20,000 bases of DNA from Euglena gracilis. Its lineage: Eukaryota. The translations under genes were made by a program, and so were the position numbers. Within the stretch, counting starts at the first letter, position 1; every line of letters starts with the position of its first letter. Shown piece by piece: positions 11,353 through 20,000 of this stretch. A model generated the notes under the pieces. It saw nothing but the letters and a program-made list of their open reading frames with translations, did no database searches and was not told the DNA's origin. The DNA is taken from assembly GCA_039621445.1 (NCBI GenBank), contig CP154954.1, forward strand, positions 26,787,963 through 26,807,962, given 5' to 3'.

Positions 11353-11358
11353 TGGCAT
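11353..11358 (-). CDS. Tentative first coding exon (ATG CCA), giving MP|KAKRNAK...
   Basis: ATG CCA directly abuts NNN-CAGGG and is in frame with the zinc-finger exon; an in-frame TAA lies just upstream. Confidence 0.3.
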
Positions 11359-11400
11359 GCGCCTCTGATGGTGGTGTTCTTACGACTCGGGGGTCTGGAT

Positions 11401-12104
11401 CATGCTGTTTTTACCAACCCCAGGGGGGGGGGGGGTCCGGAGTGCCTGCCCAGGCAGGCACTACCCCAGGGTTCGATATAAGGACAGGTGGGGGGGTGGT
11501 CCGGACCCCCCCCCCGGGGGGCCAGGAGGGGGGGGGGGGTTGGGGGGCACACCCCCCCCCACCTAAACAGGTGCGCGGTCTGGGTTACCGAAAAATTTTG
11601 ACACCCCAAAACGACCAAAAGTGCCATTTTGGGCACTTTTTGGGCAAAAAATGTGCCAAAAATGCAAAAAATTTTCGGCGCAAAGCGCCGGAGGAAAAAA
11701 TCGACCCTTTTTGGGGGGGTCCCGGGAATCCCCCCGAGGGTCGGTCCGGACCCCCCTGGCAGGTGGGGGGGAGTGGTCCGGACCCCCCCCCTCCGGGCCA
11801 GGAGGGGTGGGTGGGGGGGACACCCCCCCCACCTAAACCATGTACGCCCTCCTTATATCAAACCCTGCACTACCCCCCCGGGGGGTCGGATTTCGGCCAG
11901 TGCCCAGGCACATTCCTTTGAAAATAGGCCATTTTTGGCTCCCCGGCGCCTTTGGCGCCGGGGTTGTGCCAGGGCACTTTTGGCAGTTTGCCCTACCCCC
12001 CCCCCCCGGGGGTGTGTCGCCTTTGGGGTACCTAGGAATGCCTCCCCAGGCCGGTACCCCCCCCACGTGGTTGGGTCGGCACCCGACTAAAAAAAAACAG
12101 CCTG
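11401..12104 (+). mobile_element. hAT-type MITE family B (hosts nested family C copy)
   Basis: TIRs CATGCTGTTTTT / AAAAACAGCCTG; TSD GTCTGGAT / GTCTGGAC (7/8); body matches 17066-17384. Confidence 0.9.
11467..11867 (+). mobile_element. hAT-type MITE family C, nested in B
   Basis: TIRs CAGGGTTCGATATAAGGA / TCCTTATATCAAACCCTG (17/18); perfect TSD CACTACCC at 11459-11466 and 11868-11875. Confidence 0.95.
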
Positions 12105-12112
12105 GTCTGGAC

Positions 12113-12300
12113 AAACATTCACTTAGTGACCTGGGGGAGCATTCTTCCCAGGCCCCAAACCCCCCCCCCCCCTTTTTTTTTTAAAAACCACCACCCCCCC
12201 ACAATCACCGTGGGTCAACCACTCACCCACCCACCCAAAATCCAGCCAAAATTGGCCGAAAATGCTGGAAAGAATTCTCTGACCCTCTGGGCTCCTGGAT
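12113..12300 (+). repeat. Dispersed repeat family M, copy 2 (ends approximate)
   Basis: Similar to 95-310. Confidence 0.6.
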
Positions 12301-13499
12301 CTGGCCTGGGGGGAGGGGGGACAGTGGGCCGACCCCAGGTTGGCCCACTACGACCCTAGGGTCGCTGGGGTCGACCCCCCAGGCTGTGTAGTGGGGGGGG
12401 GGGTTCGGTCGGCGGTGCTTGCGCACCTGGGGCGCCAGCTGGGCTCCCTAGGGGTCACCTGGGAATTGCCCGCGTCCCAGTCCCCGTTAGGTGGGCGGCC
12501 CCTGTGCAGCTCTGCCATGGGCTCCCTCAGGTGGCCGCTGTGGTTGCAGCCAGGACCCGAGAGTGACCCGCCTCTTCCGCGGTGGTGCCTGCGACGACAC
12601 GGTGGATGAAGGGGCGCCGAATTGCCGGCGCCGCGGGCGAGGTGGCCCCAGCTGAACTCGTTGTCATTTCGGCTGGGCGCACGGGAGGAGCCGTCCTCCT
12701 GTGTTTCAGGGCTGGCTCCCCGGCAGCTGCCCCTGTGCAAGAGCATCTGAACTCGATGTAGCTCCGGCGGACGGCAGCGCTGGTGCGGCCTGTGATGCTG
12801 GACACACAAGGGACAAAAAGTAGGCTTTCCATCGTCCCGAAAAATGGCTGAACCACGTTTCCGACATACCGCCGGAGGTGATGACTTTCACAGGCCAACG
12901 CACCTGATGGGAAGGTCGGAGACCTGGGTGGAGAGGGCACTGCATGTCTTTCGGGACGAACCAGGTCTGCAGCTCGGAGTCTTGCTCTGCTGTGGTTTTC
13001 AGCCGCCGCGAAAAGCCTGCCAACAAGGAAGAGGATCTATCCCCAGCGTCGCTGGGGAAGGCGCAGCCATGGTCAACCTCCCACAAGAGGAGAAGGGCCA
13101 TCCCGGACTCGCCCTCCTCGGGTGCCACCGGCTTCAGAAACCGGTGGCACCGCAGCCAGGCGGCCAGGGTGGCGTTTGCTGCAGCTTTTGCGCGCCTGCA
13201 GTGCTGGTACCAGCTGTTGGCTGGAGGCACCTCCCCTGCCTTGGGAACTCGGGACAGCAGAGGGGACAACGAGGGCGGGGGGTGCAGACACAGGAGGCCC
13301 AACACGCAGCCAATGGAGCCGTCACGTTGCTGCACATTCACCCCTGGGGTTGGAAGGACTCACCGGTGCTGCGTTCGAAGAGAGCCAGCAAGACCTCTAC
13401 TGAAGACCCAGCAGCTGATGGGCAGGTCTCCGTCTCCTCCTGTAAAAGGACCAGGCGCTCCCGCAGCCACTTCAGGCGAACGGGGCCACACGATGGGAC

Positions 13500-13779
13500 C
13501 ATGCTTGTGCTTACCGACCGGGGGGGGGGGAGGGGGGGGGTGCTATAGGGTGCCTGCCCTAGCAGGCACACCCGGGGGGGACCCAGAAAATTTTCATTGA
13601 AAATGGCCTTTTCCAGGCCCCAGCGCCGAAGGCGCCGGGGTCGGAGGGGGGTGCCTGCTAGGGGCAGGCACCCCCCAAAACCCTACCCCCCCCCCGGGGG
13701 GGTCGGATCGGGTGCTATGGGGTGTCTGCCCCTAGCACCCCCCCCCCGTGGGGTAGGCACGCGACTAAGCACAAGCCTT
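13500..13779 (+). mobile_element. hAT-type MITE family A
   Basis: TIRs CATGCTTGTGCTTA / TAAGCACAAGCCTT; TSD GATGGGAC / GATGGAAC (7/8); removal rejoins PSSQVP|SCGPVRLKW in frame. Confidence 0.92.
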
Positions 13780-14522
13780 GATGGAACCTGGGATGATGGC
13801 AAAGGAGGTGGGGAGACCGCATGAAAAAAGACATTGCGCACATGCGCAACAGTTTTACATTGCGCATACGCGCAATGGATAACTGTTGTGCGGGCGCAAC
13901 ATTTACCAACAGCAATGTGTAATGGAAGCCCCTGAGCTTGTGACAATCCCTGTGATGTGTTACAGGTTGCAGTGTGTCGGGGGGCCCTCTCTCCCCAGAT
14001 GGTGCTACACGGGCCAGGTGAATTTTGGCCCTTTTGTTGCTTTTTTAGGCTCTGAATATTTCCGTGTTGCCGACGGAGGTGTCCAGAGGTATGTAAACCC
14101 CCCAAATAATACCCCCCCCATTGGGATCCGACTTCAGCCGCCAAAATAATACCCCCCCCCGGTTTCGGGCCAAAACCGGGCGGGCAGGCACCCTCTGCCT
14201 GTCACAACTCCGTCACCGTGAGGCGGCGCTCCGGTGGCAGGTGCGAAGGCTGGCGTTGTCCCAGCACCCATTCCTGGGGTACCAGGCCCAGACCGTCCGG
14301 GACACGTTGTGGGGCGGCGGCAATCAGCTCGCAGCGGCGACTCATCCACTTGGCCAGGCGTTCTGCGAGCAGGCAATGCAAACGAGCGAGGAAGCGCTGG
14401 GCATCCGATGGGGACAAGGGGCAGGCAGGTGGGACTCCGGCAACAGTGCAGCTGCGAGGGGATTGTGGAAGGACGCCACCCAGTCCTCCGGCGGCAAAGG
14501 CAGGGAAGGCGGCATTGCTCAC

Positions 14523-14839
14523 CAGGGCGGTCCTTAAGCAAATAAAAAAAAAAACTCCGCTGTCCCAGCACACTCAGTGAAAAATTTACCGGAAAATGGG
14601 CAAATAAATTTTGGCATTTTTCAGCGAGAACAGGTCGACATCAGGAAAAAAAATTGATTCCTGGCACCCTTGGACCATCATCCATCCACCCAAATCATCA
14701 AAAACTGTGTTTTTCGACTTTTTAATTTTTGCCTTTTCCAAGTCCTAGTCCAGCCCTTGGTTGGCCCTTTGGCCGAAAGGGGGGCGGTCCTTAAGGAAAT
14801 ATAAAAAAAAAACTTTCCTGTCCCCTAAGGACCGCCCTG
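14523..14839 (+). mobile_element. hAT-type MITE family J
   Basis: TIRs CAGGGCGGTCCTTA / TAAGGACCGCCCTG; perfect TSD TTGCTCAC at 14515-14522 and 14840-14847. Confidence 0.95.
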
Positions 14840-14865
14840 TTGCTCACCTGCAGTGGACCAGTGGA

Positions 14866-14945
14866 CAGGGGGGGGGGAATGCGCTGGACGGCCCTCGGAA
14901 AAAATGCGCAAAAATGCGCAAAAAAATGCGCAAAAAATGCGCTGA
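14866..14945 (+). mobile_element. 5' fragment of family K
   Basis: CAGGGGGGGGGGAATGCGCT...CCTCGGAAAAAATGCGCAAAAATGCGC is near-identical to 3409-3490. Confidence 0.75.
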
Positions 14946-15420
14946 GTTTGTACATTCCTAAGGGAAAAAAGACTGAGAAAAATTTCCAACAATAAGCCCA
15001 AAATCAAACCAAAATTACCAAAAACAGCTGAAATGAAGGCATTTTTGGTTAAAAAAAAAATGCACAAGCAAGGCGTCACCCTCTGTTCACCATAACCGAC
15101 AATGTCAGCCATGGTGCCCCTCACTTGTGACCAGGGGAGTAGAATTCGATGTGGGGTCTCTGAAAACCCTAGTGTCCTCATCATCATTGGATGAGTACCC
15201 ACTCATCACCCAAGGGTTTTTTCTTGAGGCAGGTCCCTTGGGTGGTAAAAAAAGTGCGGAAATGGGTTCGTTGGTTATACAAATGGGTTAGTTGAACGTG
15301 GGCAAAATTCGGTGAGCATGTGGTTTGGTTGGTGTTGAAGAACGGTGTTGAAGAACACCAATGTCGAGTTTGTTTTTGACATACGGACAATGTGGACAAC
15401 ATGGACAATAGGGGAAAAAA

Positions 15421-15585
15421 TGGGATATACTTTTCAGCGCCGCAGGCGCCAAAAAAATGCTATTTTTAGCACTTTTCGCGATTTTGTGGGTCCCCCGGGA
15501 CCCCCCCCCCCCGGCGGGGACCCCCCAGGGGGTGGGTGGGTGGGGGGGGACCCCCCCTCCCCCCCTGTTTTAAAAAAAGCCCCTG
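15421..15585 (+). mobile_element. 5'-truncated family L MITE
   Basis: Matches 19821-19995; ends AAAAAAAGCCCCTG followed by ATGATGAC. Confidence 0.8.
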
Positions 15586-16279
15586 ATGATGACCATGAAT
15601 TGACCCCAAAAATTCCAAAAATGCTAAAAATTATTGCAAAAAAAAACCTGAAATGGCAGAAAACCAGCCAAAAATGCAAAATATTTGGGGTTTTGATGCA
15701 AGCTGCCCACATATGCAGTGCTTTTCTTTGCCAAAAATCATCACACTACATCACATCGCTATGTCTCTCCTTTCTAACATTGAGCGCGACAAACACTCAA
15801 TGCGCTTCTTTGATCAGTGCATTTGTGATGGTCAAGATTTTTCCCAACCGTGAATGAATGCGCAAACTCCAAAACCAGAAATTGGTATTTGGAAATGTCC
15901 AAGAACTCCTGTCTTTGATTTTTCTCTATACCACATGTTGGCGTTGGAGTTGTATTGTCCATTTACAACGATTTGTATTCGAAAAACGGCTCAAAACGGC
16001 TTGAAACGAACCAATGTAACTCATTTGTCAAAGGTTGGAATGAAGTGGGACAAATTCTGAGGTCAATGCGCTTTTGCAGCAATGACATTTCCATTTCAAA
16101 CCATTCATTTCCGCTTTCTGAACCATTTTGGTCGGTTTTGGGGGGTTCCAACAAAATCATTATTCATGACGCAGCATTTTGGACGGAGACTGCGTTTTAA
16201 GACACAGGCCTCATGCCTGAAGTCCGGCGGCGTAGACGCACACCCTGTCCTGAGTCCCTGCACCTAAGACGCGGACTTT

Positions 16280-16577
16280 AAGGGCAAAAGTGCAAAACAC
16301 CCGATCCGTGTGCAAAAAATTTCGGAACGTAGGCAAATATTTTGAGATAAAATGCCAAACATTTTTGAGACAAAATGTGAACAAATTTTTAACATGTGCA
16401 AACATTTTTGAGATAAAGTGCAAAATATTGACCGGAAGTGCAAAAAAATACGGTGTGGAGTGCGGAAAAATCGGGATGTGCGGCATTGAAAATCGATTAA
16501 TCGATCACCGGACGAACGAACGATGATTGGGGGGGTCTTGACCGATTGATCGACTTTCGATTAATCGAACAACCCTG
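16280..16577. mobile_element. Transposon end with CGATTAATCG subterminal motifs (left end unresolved)
   Basis: Ends CGATTAATCGAACAACCCTG; palindromic CGATTAATCG at 16494 and 16558; interrupts the retroelement. Confidence 0.55.
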
Positions 16578-16923
16578 CCGGGAAACGGCGATTGGGGTGG
16601 ATGCCGGGAAAACAAAATGAGGAGGCGTAATGATGAGCGCTTCTCCCAGGAGACCAGGCACCTGAGCCACCAGGCCCAGGCGAACGCTGCGGGGAGGTCG
16701 TAGATCGTCAACCCTGAGGCGTCTTGCAGGAGCAAGGGATCGTCAAAGCATGGGGGGGGGGAGGAGACCACGTTGATGCGGCCCGGCCAAGGGCAGCCTC
16801 CTTGGCCCAGAAATCGGCGGAGTCGTTCCCCACTGCCTTGGGATGACCGGTCTCAATGGCGGCCGTGTCATGCGCCCGCACCTTCTCCAGGAGTGGCGCC
16901 GTTGAGAGGGAGGAGGCTGCGGC

Positions 16924-17466
16924 CAGGCTTGTGCTTACCGACCGGGGGGGGGGGAGGGGGGTGGGTGGGTGCTATGGGGTGCCTGCCCCAAGAAGGCACA
17001 CCCCCGGGGGGGGGGGGGTCCGGGGGGACCCAGAAAATTCTCATTGAAAAAGGCCTTTTCCGGGCCAGGCTGTTTTTTTACCAACCCCGGGGGGGAGGGG
17101 GGGGTCCGGAGTGCTTTTGAGTGCCTGACCAGGCAGGCACTGGGGGGGGGGGTCGGATTTTGGCCTGTGCCCAGGCACATTCCTTTGAAAATAGGCCATT
17201 TTTGGCTCCCCGCGCCTTTGGCGCCGGGTCTGTGCTAGGGCACTTGTGCTAGGCACTTGAGGTAGGGCCGTGTGCCCTACCCCCCCCCCCCGGGGGGGAC
17301 GGGTCGGGAGTGCCTTGAAGTGCCTGCCCAGGCAGGCCCCCCCCCCCCTGGGGTGGGGTCGGCACCTGACTAAAATACAGCCTGTTCCGGGCCCCCGGCG
17401 CCTTTGGCACCTTTAGCCTTTAGCATCCCCTCCCGTGGGGTAGGCACCCGACTAAGCACAAGCCTG
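16924..17466 (+). mobile_element. hAT-type MITE family A (hosts nested family B copy)
   Basis: Perfect TIRs CAGGCTTGTGCTTA / TAAGCACAAGCCTG; perfect TSD GCTGCGGC; removal restores VVRQIIAAASSLSTAPLLEKVRAH. Confidence 0.95.
17066..17384 (+). mobile_element. hAT-type MITE family B, nested in A
   Basis: TIRs CAGGCTGTTTTTT / TAAAATACAGCCTG; perfect TSD TTCCGGGC at 17058-17065 and 17385-17392. Confidence 0.95.
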
Positions 17467-17492
17467 GCTGCGGCGATGATCTGGCGCACTAC

Positions 17493-17826
17493 GGGGGGGG
17501 GGGGGGATTTCGTGCCAGAGAAATTTTGCGGCGACAAATTTCGCGGATGACAAATTTCGTGGGATTCCTTAAAAATGCCCGAAAATATTTTGCGGGATTT
17601 TTTTTCTGTGAAGCAAAAAAGGGAAGCCTTGAGCACCTGAAAGGAAATACACAGACAAAAATTTCGCGGGATTCCTTAAAAATGTCTGGAAATATTTCGC
17701 GGGATTTGCTTCCGCGAAAATTGTCTGGCAAATTTTCTCTAGAGCAAAATTTTTGCCCCCCCCCCCCCGGGGGGGGCCTGAGGGGGGACTGGAGGACCCA
17801 CGGAAGGGGGAAAAGAATCCCCCCTG
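17493..17826. mobile_element. MITE-like insertion with AAATTTCGCG reiterations (family H)
   Basis: Interrupts the RNase H region; ends GAATCCCCCCTG; ~50-bp internal direct repeat (17552-17600 / 17658-17707); left end and TSD not resolved. Confidence 0.6.
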
Positions 17827-18199
17827 CCAGCGTTTGGGAGGAGGTCAGTAAGTCTGTCAAGATGTGCGGGGGGGGGGGAGGCCTCCGCCGCCGTGCGTAG
17901 GGCCACCAACTCGCAGAGGGTGGAGCTCAAGGGACCTGGAACAGAACAGGTGAGGGCAGACTCGGTGTCTGGGGCCCAGACCGCGGCTCCCCCGGAGGAC
18001 GCTAAGGAGTCATCTGTGAAGACGGCACCCGGAGGGAGGAAGTCATTAACCGGCGTGAGGACAATCTGTCCTGGGTAGGCCTGCTCGGGGCAGAGGCGCG
18101 GCCAGGCTGCAGACCGGACGAGCGCAAGCCTGGTTGCGCACCACACGCCATCCCACTGCGAGGGCAGAGCGCAGAGCGGAGGATGTTTCTGCCCAGGTT

Positions 18200-18298
18200 T
18201 AGGATAATGACATTCGTGAAAAGTGGTCGGAAAGAAAAGGAAAAAAATCGTGAAATTTCGTGAAATTTCAGGGGCCGGAAATTTCAGTCACCACCCTG
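18200..18298. mobile_element. 99-bp hAT-type MITE (family G)
   Basis: Termini TAGGATAATGAC / GTCACCACCCTG; perfect TSD CCCAGGTT; removal restores ACPGPTWAETSSALRSAL. Confidence 0.88.
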
Positions 18299-18597
18299 CC
18301 CAGGTTGGGCCCGGGCAGGCGATTGCCCGGTGGACGAAGCCTGAGATGGCAAAGGTGTTGCCCAGGGTCTGGAGCCATACCAATTGCAGAAACCGCATGG
18401 GCGACCGGGTGTGCCACAGCAGATTCTCCCAACGGGCCCCCCACTGCCGCAGCGGGGAGCGCCAGGTGTTCAAGCGCAGGGGCTTGTGACCCATGGCCGC
18501 CACCCCGGCGGACATGAGCCGCTGGGGGGCCATCGGCTTGAGATCCCGGATCTGGTACACACCTGTGGGAGGACAGTGGCGCGCCACAGGAGGGAGC

Positions 18598-18996
18598 CAT
18601 AGTGGGCACGCCTGTTTTTTTTGACGTTGTTTTTTTGTTTTTTTATTTCTAACAATGTTTTTTTTAAAAAAAACAAAAAACACGCCCACTAGGTTTTGCA
18701 GAGAAAATTTTTTGAATGTGTATTTTCGGTCATTTTTGGCAACTTTTGGGTCAGTTTTACCAAAAACTACCTCCTGTAAAAAATGGAAAAAGTCATAAAA
18801 TTGCATTTTTTTGCTTTTTTGGATGTTTTCGACCATTTTTGGCACTTTTGAACTGAGTAGGATTCAAAATATGGTTTGGGAGTTTCATAATGAGTTTTCT
18901 GAATGAAATCTCCCTTTTGCTTTTTGATGTTTTTTTAGTGGTTTTTTTTTAAAAAAAACACATTGTTTTGTTTTTTTTAAAAAAATGCCCACTATG
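18598..18996 (+). mobile_element. AT-rich MITE family F
   Basis: Perfect TIR CATAGTGGGCA / TGCCCACTATG; perfect TSD GAGGGAGC at 18590-18597 and 18997-19004. Confidence 0.95.
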
Positions 18997-19375
18997 GAGG
19001 GAGCACAGGGAGGACGGCAGGGGGAGCCTTCAGCCGGCGCAGGGTCTCCAAGGCCTTGCCCAGGCGAGGGGCGAAGTGCACCTCCGAGGCCTGGGGCTCT
19101 GGCAAGCCCAGCTCCACACCGACAAAGCGAAAACCTGAAGAGGAAACAATGTCCAGGTCGCCCAGCTGGAGGCATGCTCGGATGAGGGCCGTCATTTCTG
19201 TGGCCGAGGCGGCAATCAAGGCCACATCGTCCGCGAAGCTGATGGAGGGCAGTCGGATACCCGCCACCGGCACGCCCATATCGCTGGCAGCCGCCCAGCG
19301 GTGGAAGGTCTCCAATAGAATATTGAGGAGATCCGGGCTGTGTTGTGCGCAGACCCTGGGGTCGGCCCACCACAC
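18997..19375 (-). pseudogene. Reverse transcriptase core fragment (non-LTR type)
   Basis: HSPDLLNILLE...GVPVAGIRLPSISFADDVALIA matches the QG..SP.L and (Y/F)ADD motifs; frameshift at the QG motif and an apparent deletion after FADD. Confidence 0.9.
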
Positions 19376-19714
19376 GACCTCACCCCCCCCCCAAAAACAC
19401 ACTGGAATTTTCTTGTGTGTTCAATCCACGCCACTCAAAGAACGAACATTTTGGGGAGGGGGGCAAATCCAGGGTCGGTGAACACCCTATTTTCTAAAGC
19501 CAACTGGGAGGCCTTGTGCAAGCAGCCAAAATGGCCAAAATGGATGGACACAGTTCAAAAAAGGTCAGAAAAATGACATAAAAAGGCCCAGCATTTCCTA
19601 ATCTTTTTAAAAATATTTGAAAACATCCCAAAAAAATGATTGACGATCTGCCAGAAATTTGCCCAAAATGAAGCCTCAATGGATTGAACACGACATCAAA
19701 AAATCCATGATGAC

Positions 19715-19995
19715 CAGGGGTTTTTTTAGTCGTGGACCCCCGGGGGGGGGGAGGGGGGGTGCAGGGTGGGTGGGTCCGGCTGAGCCCCCCCCGGGGGGGG
19801 GGGGTCCCCTTGGAGGGGGGTGGGATATACTTTTCGGCGCCGCAGGCACCAAAAAAAAATCTATTTTTAGCACTTTTCGCGATTTTCGGCCATTTTTTGT
19901 GGGTCCCCCGGGACCCCCCCCCCCCCCCCGGGGGCCCCCCCAAGGGGGGGGAGGGTGGGGGGGGACCCCCCCCTGTTTTTAAAAAAAAACCCCTG
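19715..19995 (+). mobile_element. hAT-type MITE family L
   Basis: TIRs CAGGGGTTTTTTT / AAAAAAACCCCTG; TSD ATGATGAC on the left, ATGAT (cut by the window edge) on the right. Confidence 0.92.
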
Positions 19996-20000
19996 ATGAT

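Larger units (their letters stand above)
16790..18199 (-). pseudogene. RNase H domain of the retroelement, split by insertions
   Basis: Ordered motifs AVFTDDS (~18012-18020), SSTLCELVAL (~17898-17925), HILTD (~17852-17866), EKVRAH (~16869-16886), GNDSADFWAK (~16801-16830). Confidence 0.9.
12340..19375 (-). pseudogene. Fragmented non-LTR retrotransposon ORF (RT - RNase H - C-terminal extension)
   Basis: GC/CpG-rich coding-like segments in colinear order between MITE insertions; RT and RNase H motifs present; frameshifts and stops. Assigning 12340-14850 to the same ORF rests on strand, composition and position only. Confidence 0.75.

Noticed and set aside
12844-13600. Long plus-strand ORFs (234 aa, 218 aa)
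   Set aside because: No recognisable motifs; most likely antisense shadows of GC-rich minus-strand retroelement sequence.

Overview
Eukaryotic, repeat-saturated DNA, most likely from a euglenid (inferred from intron architecture only). Three layers are visible. (1) About 20 short non-autonomous DNA transposons (MITEs) from about 10 families, often nested. The intact copies start CAG (variants CAT/TAG), end CTG and have 8-bp target-site duplications (TSDs), i.e. hAT-type. (2) A decayed minus-strand non-LTR retrotransposon (RT + RNase H + long C-terminal region, ~12340-19375) cut up by these MITEs. (3) A minus-strand CCCH zinc-finger gene whose exons are separated by non-GT-AG introns. The best-supported intron (9804-10478) has the euglenid nonconventional-intron signature (CAG at +4..+6, CTG at -8..-6) and still carries a 7/8 TSD. 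The 3 nt before CAG plus the 5 nt after CTG equal exactly one 8-bp TSD, so these MITEs look like ready-made, seamlessly removable introns. No intact transposase, RNA gene or CRISPR array was found.
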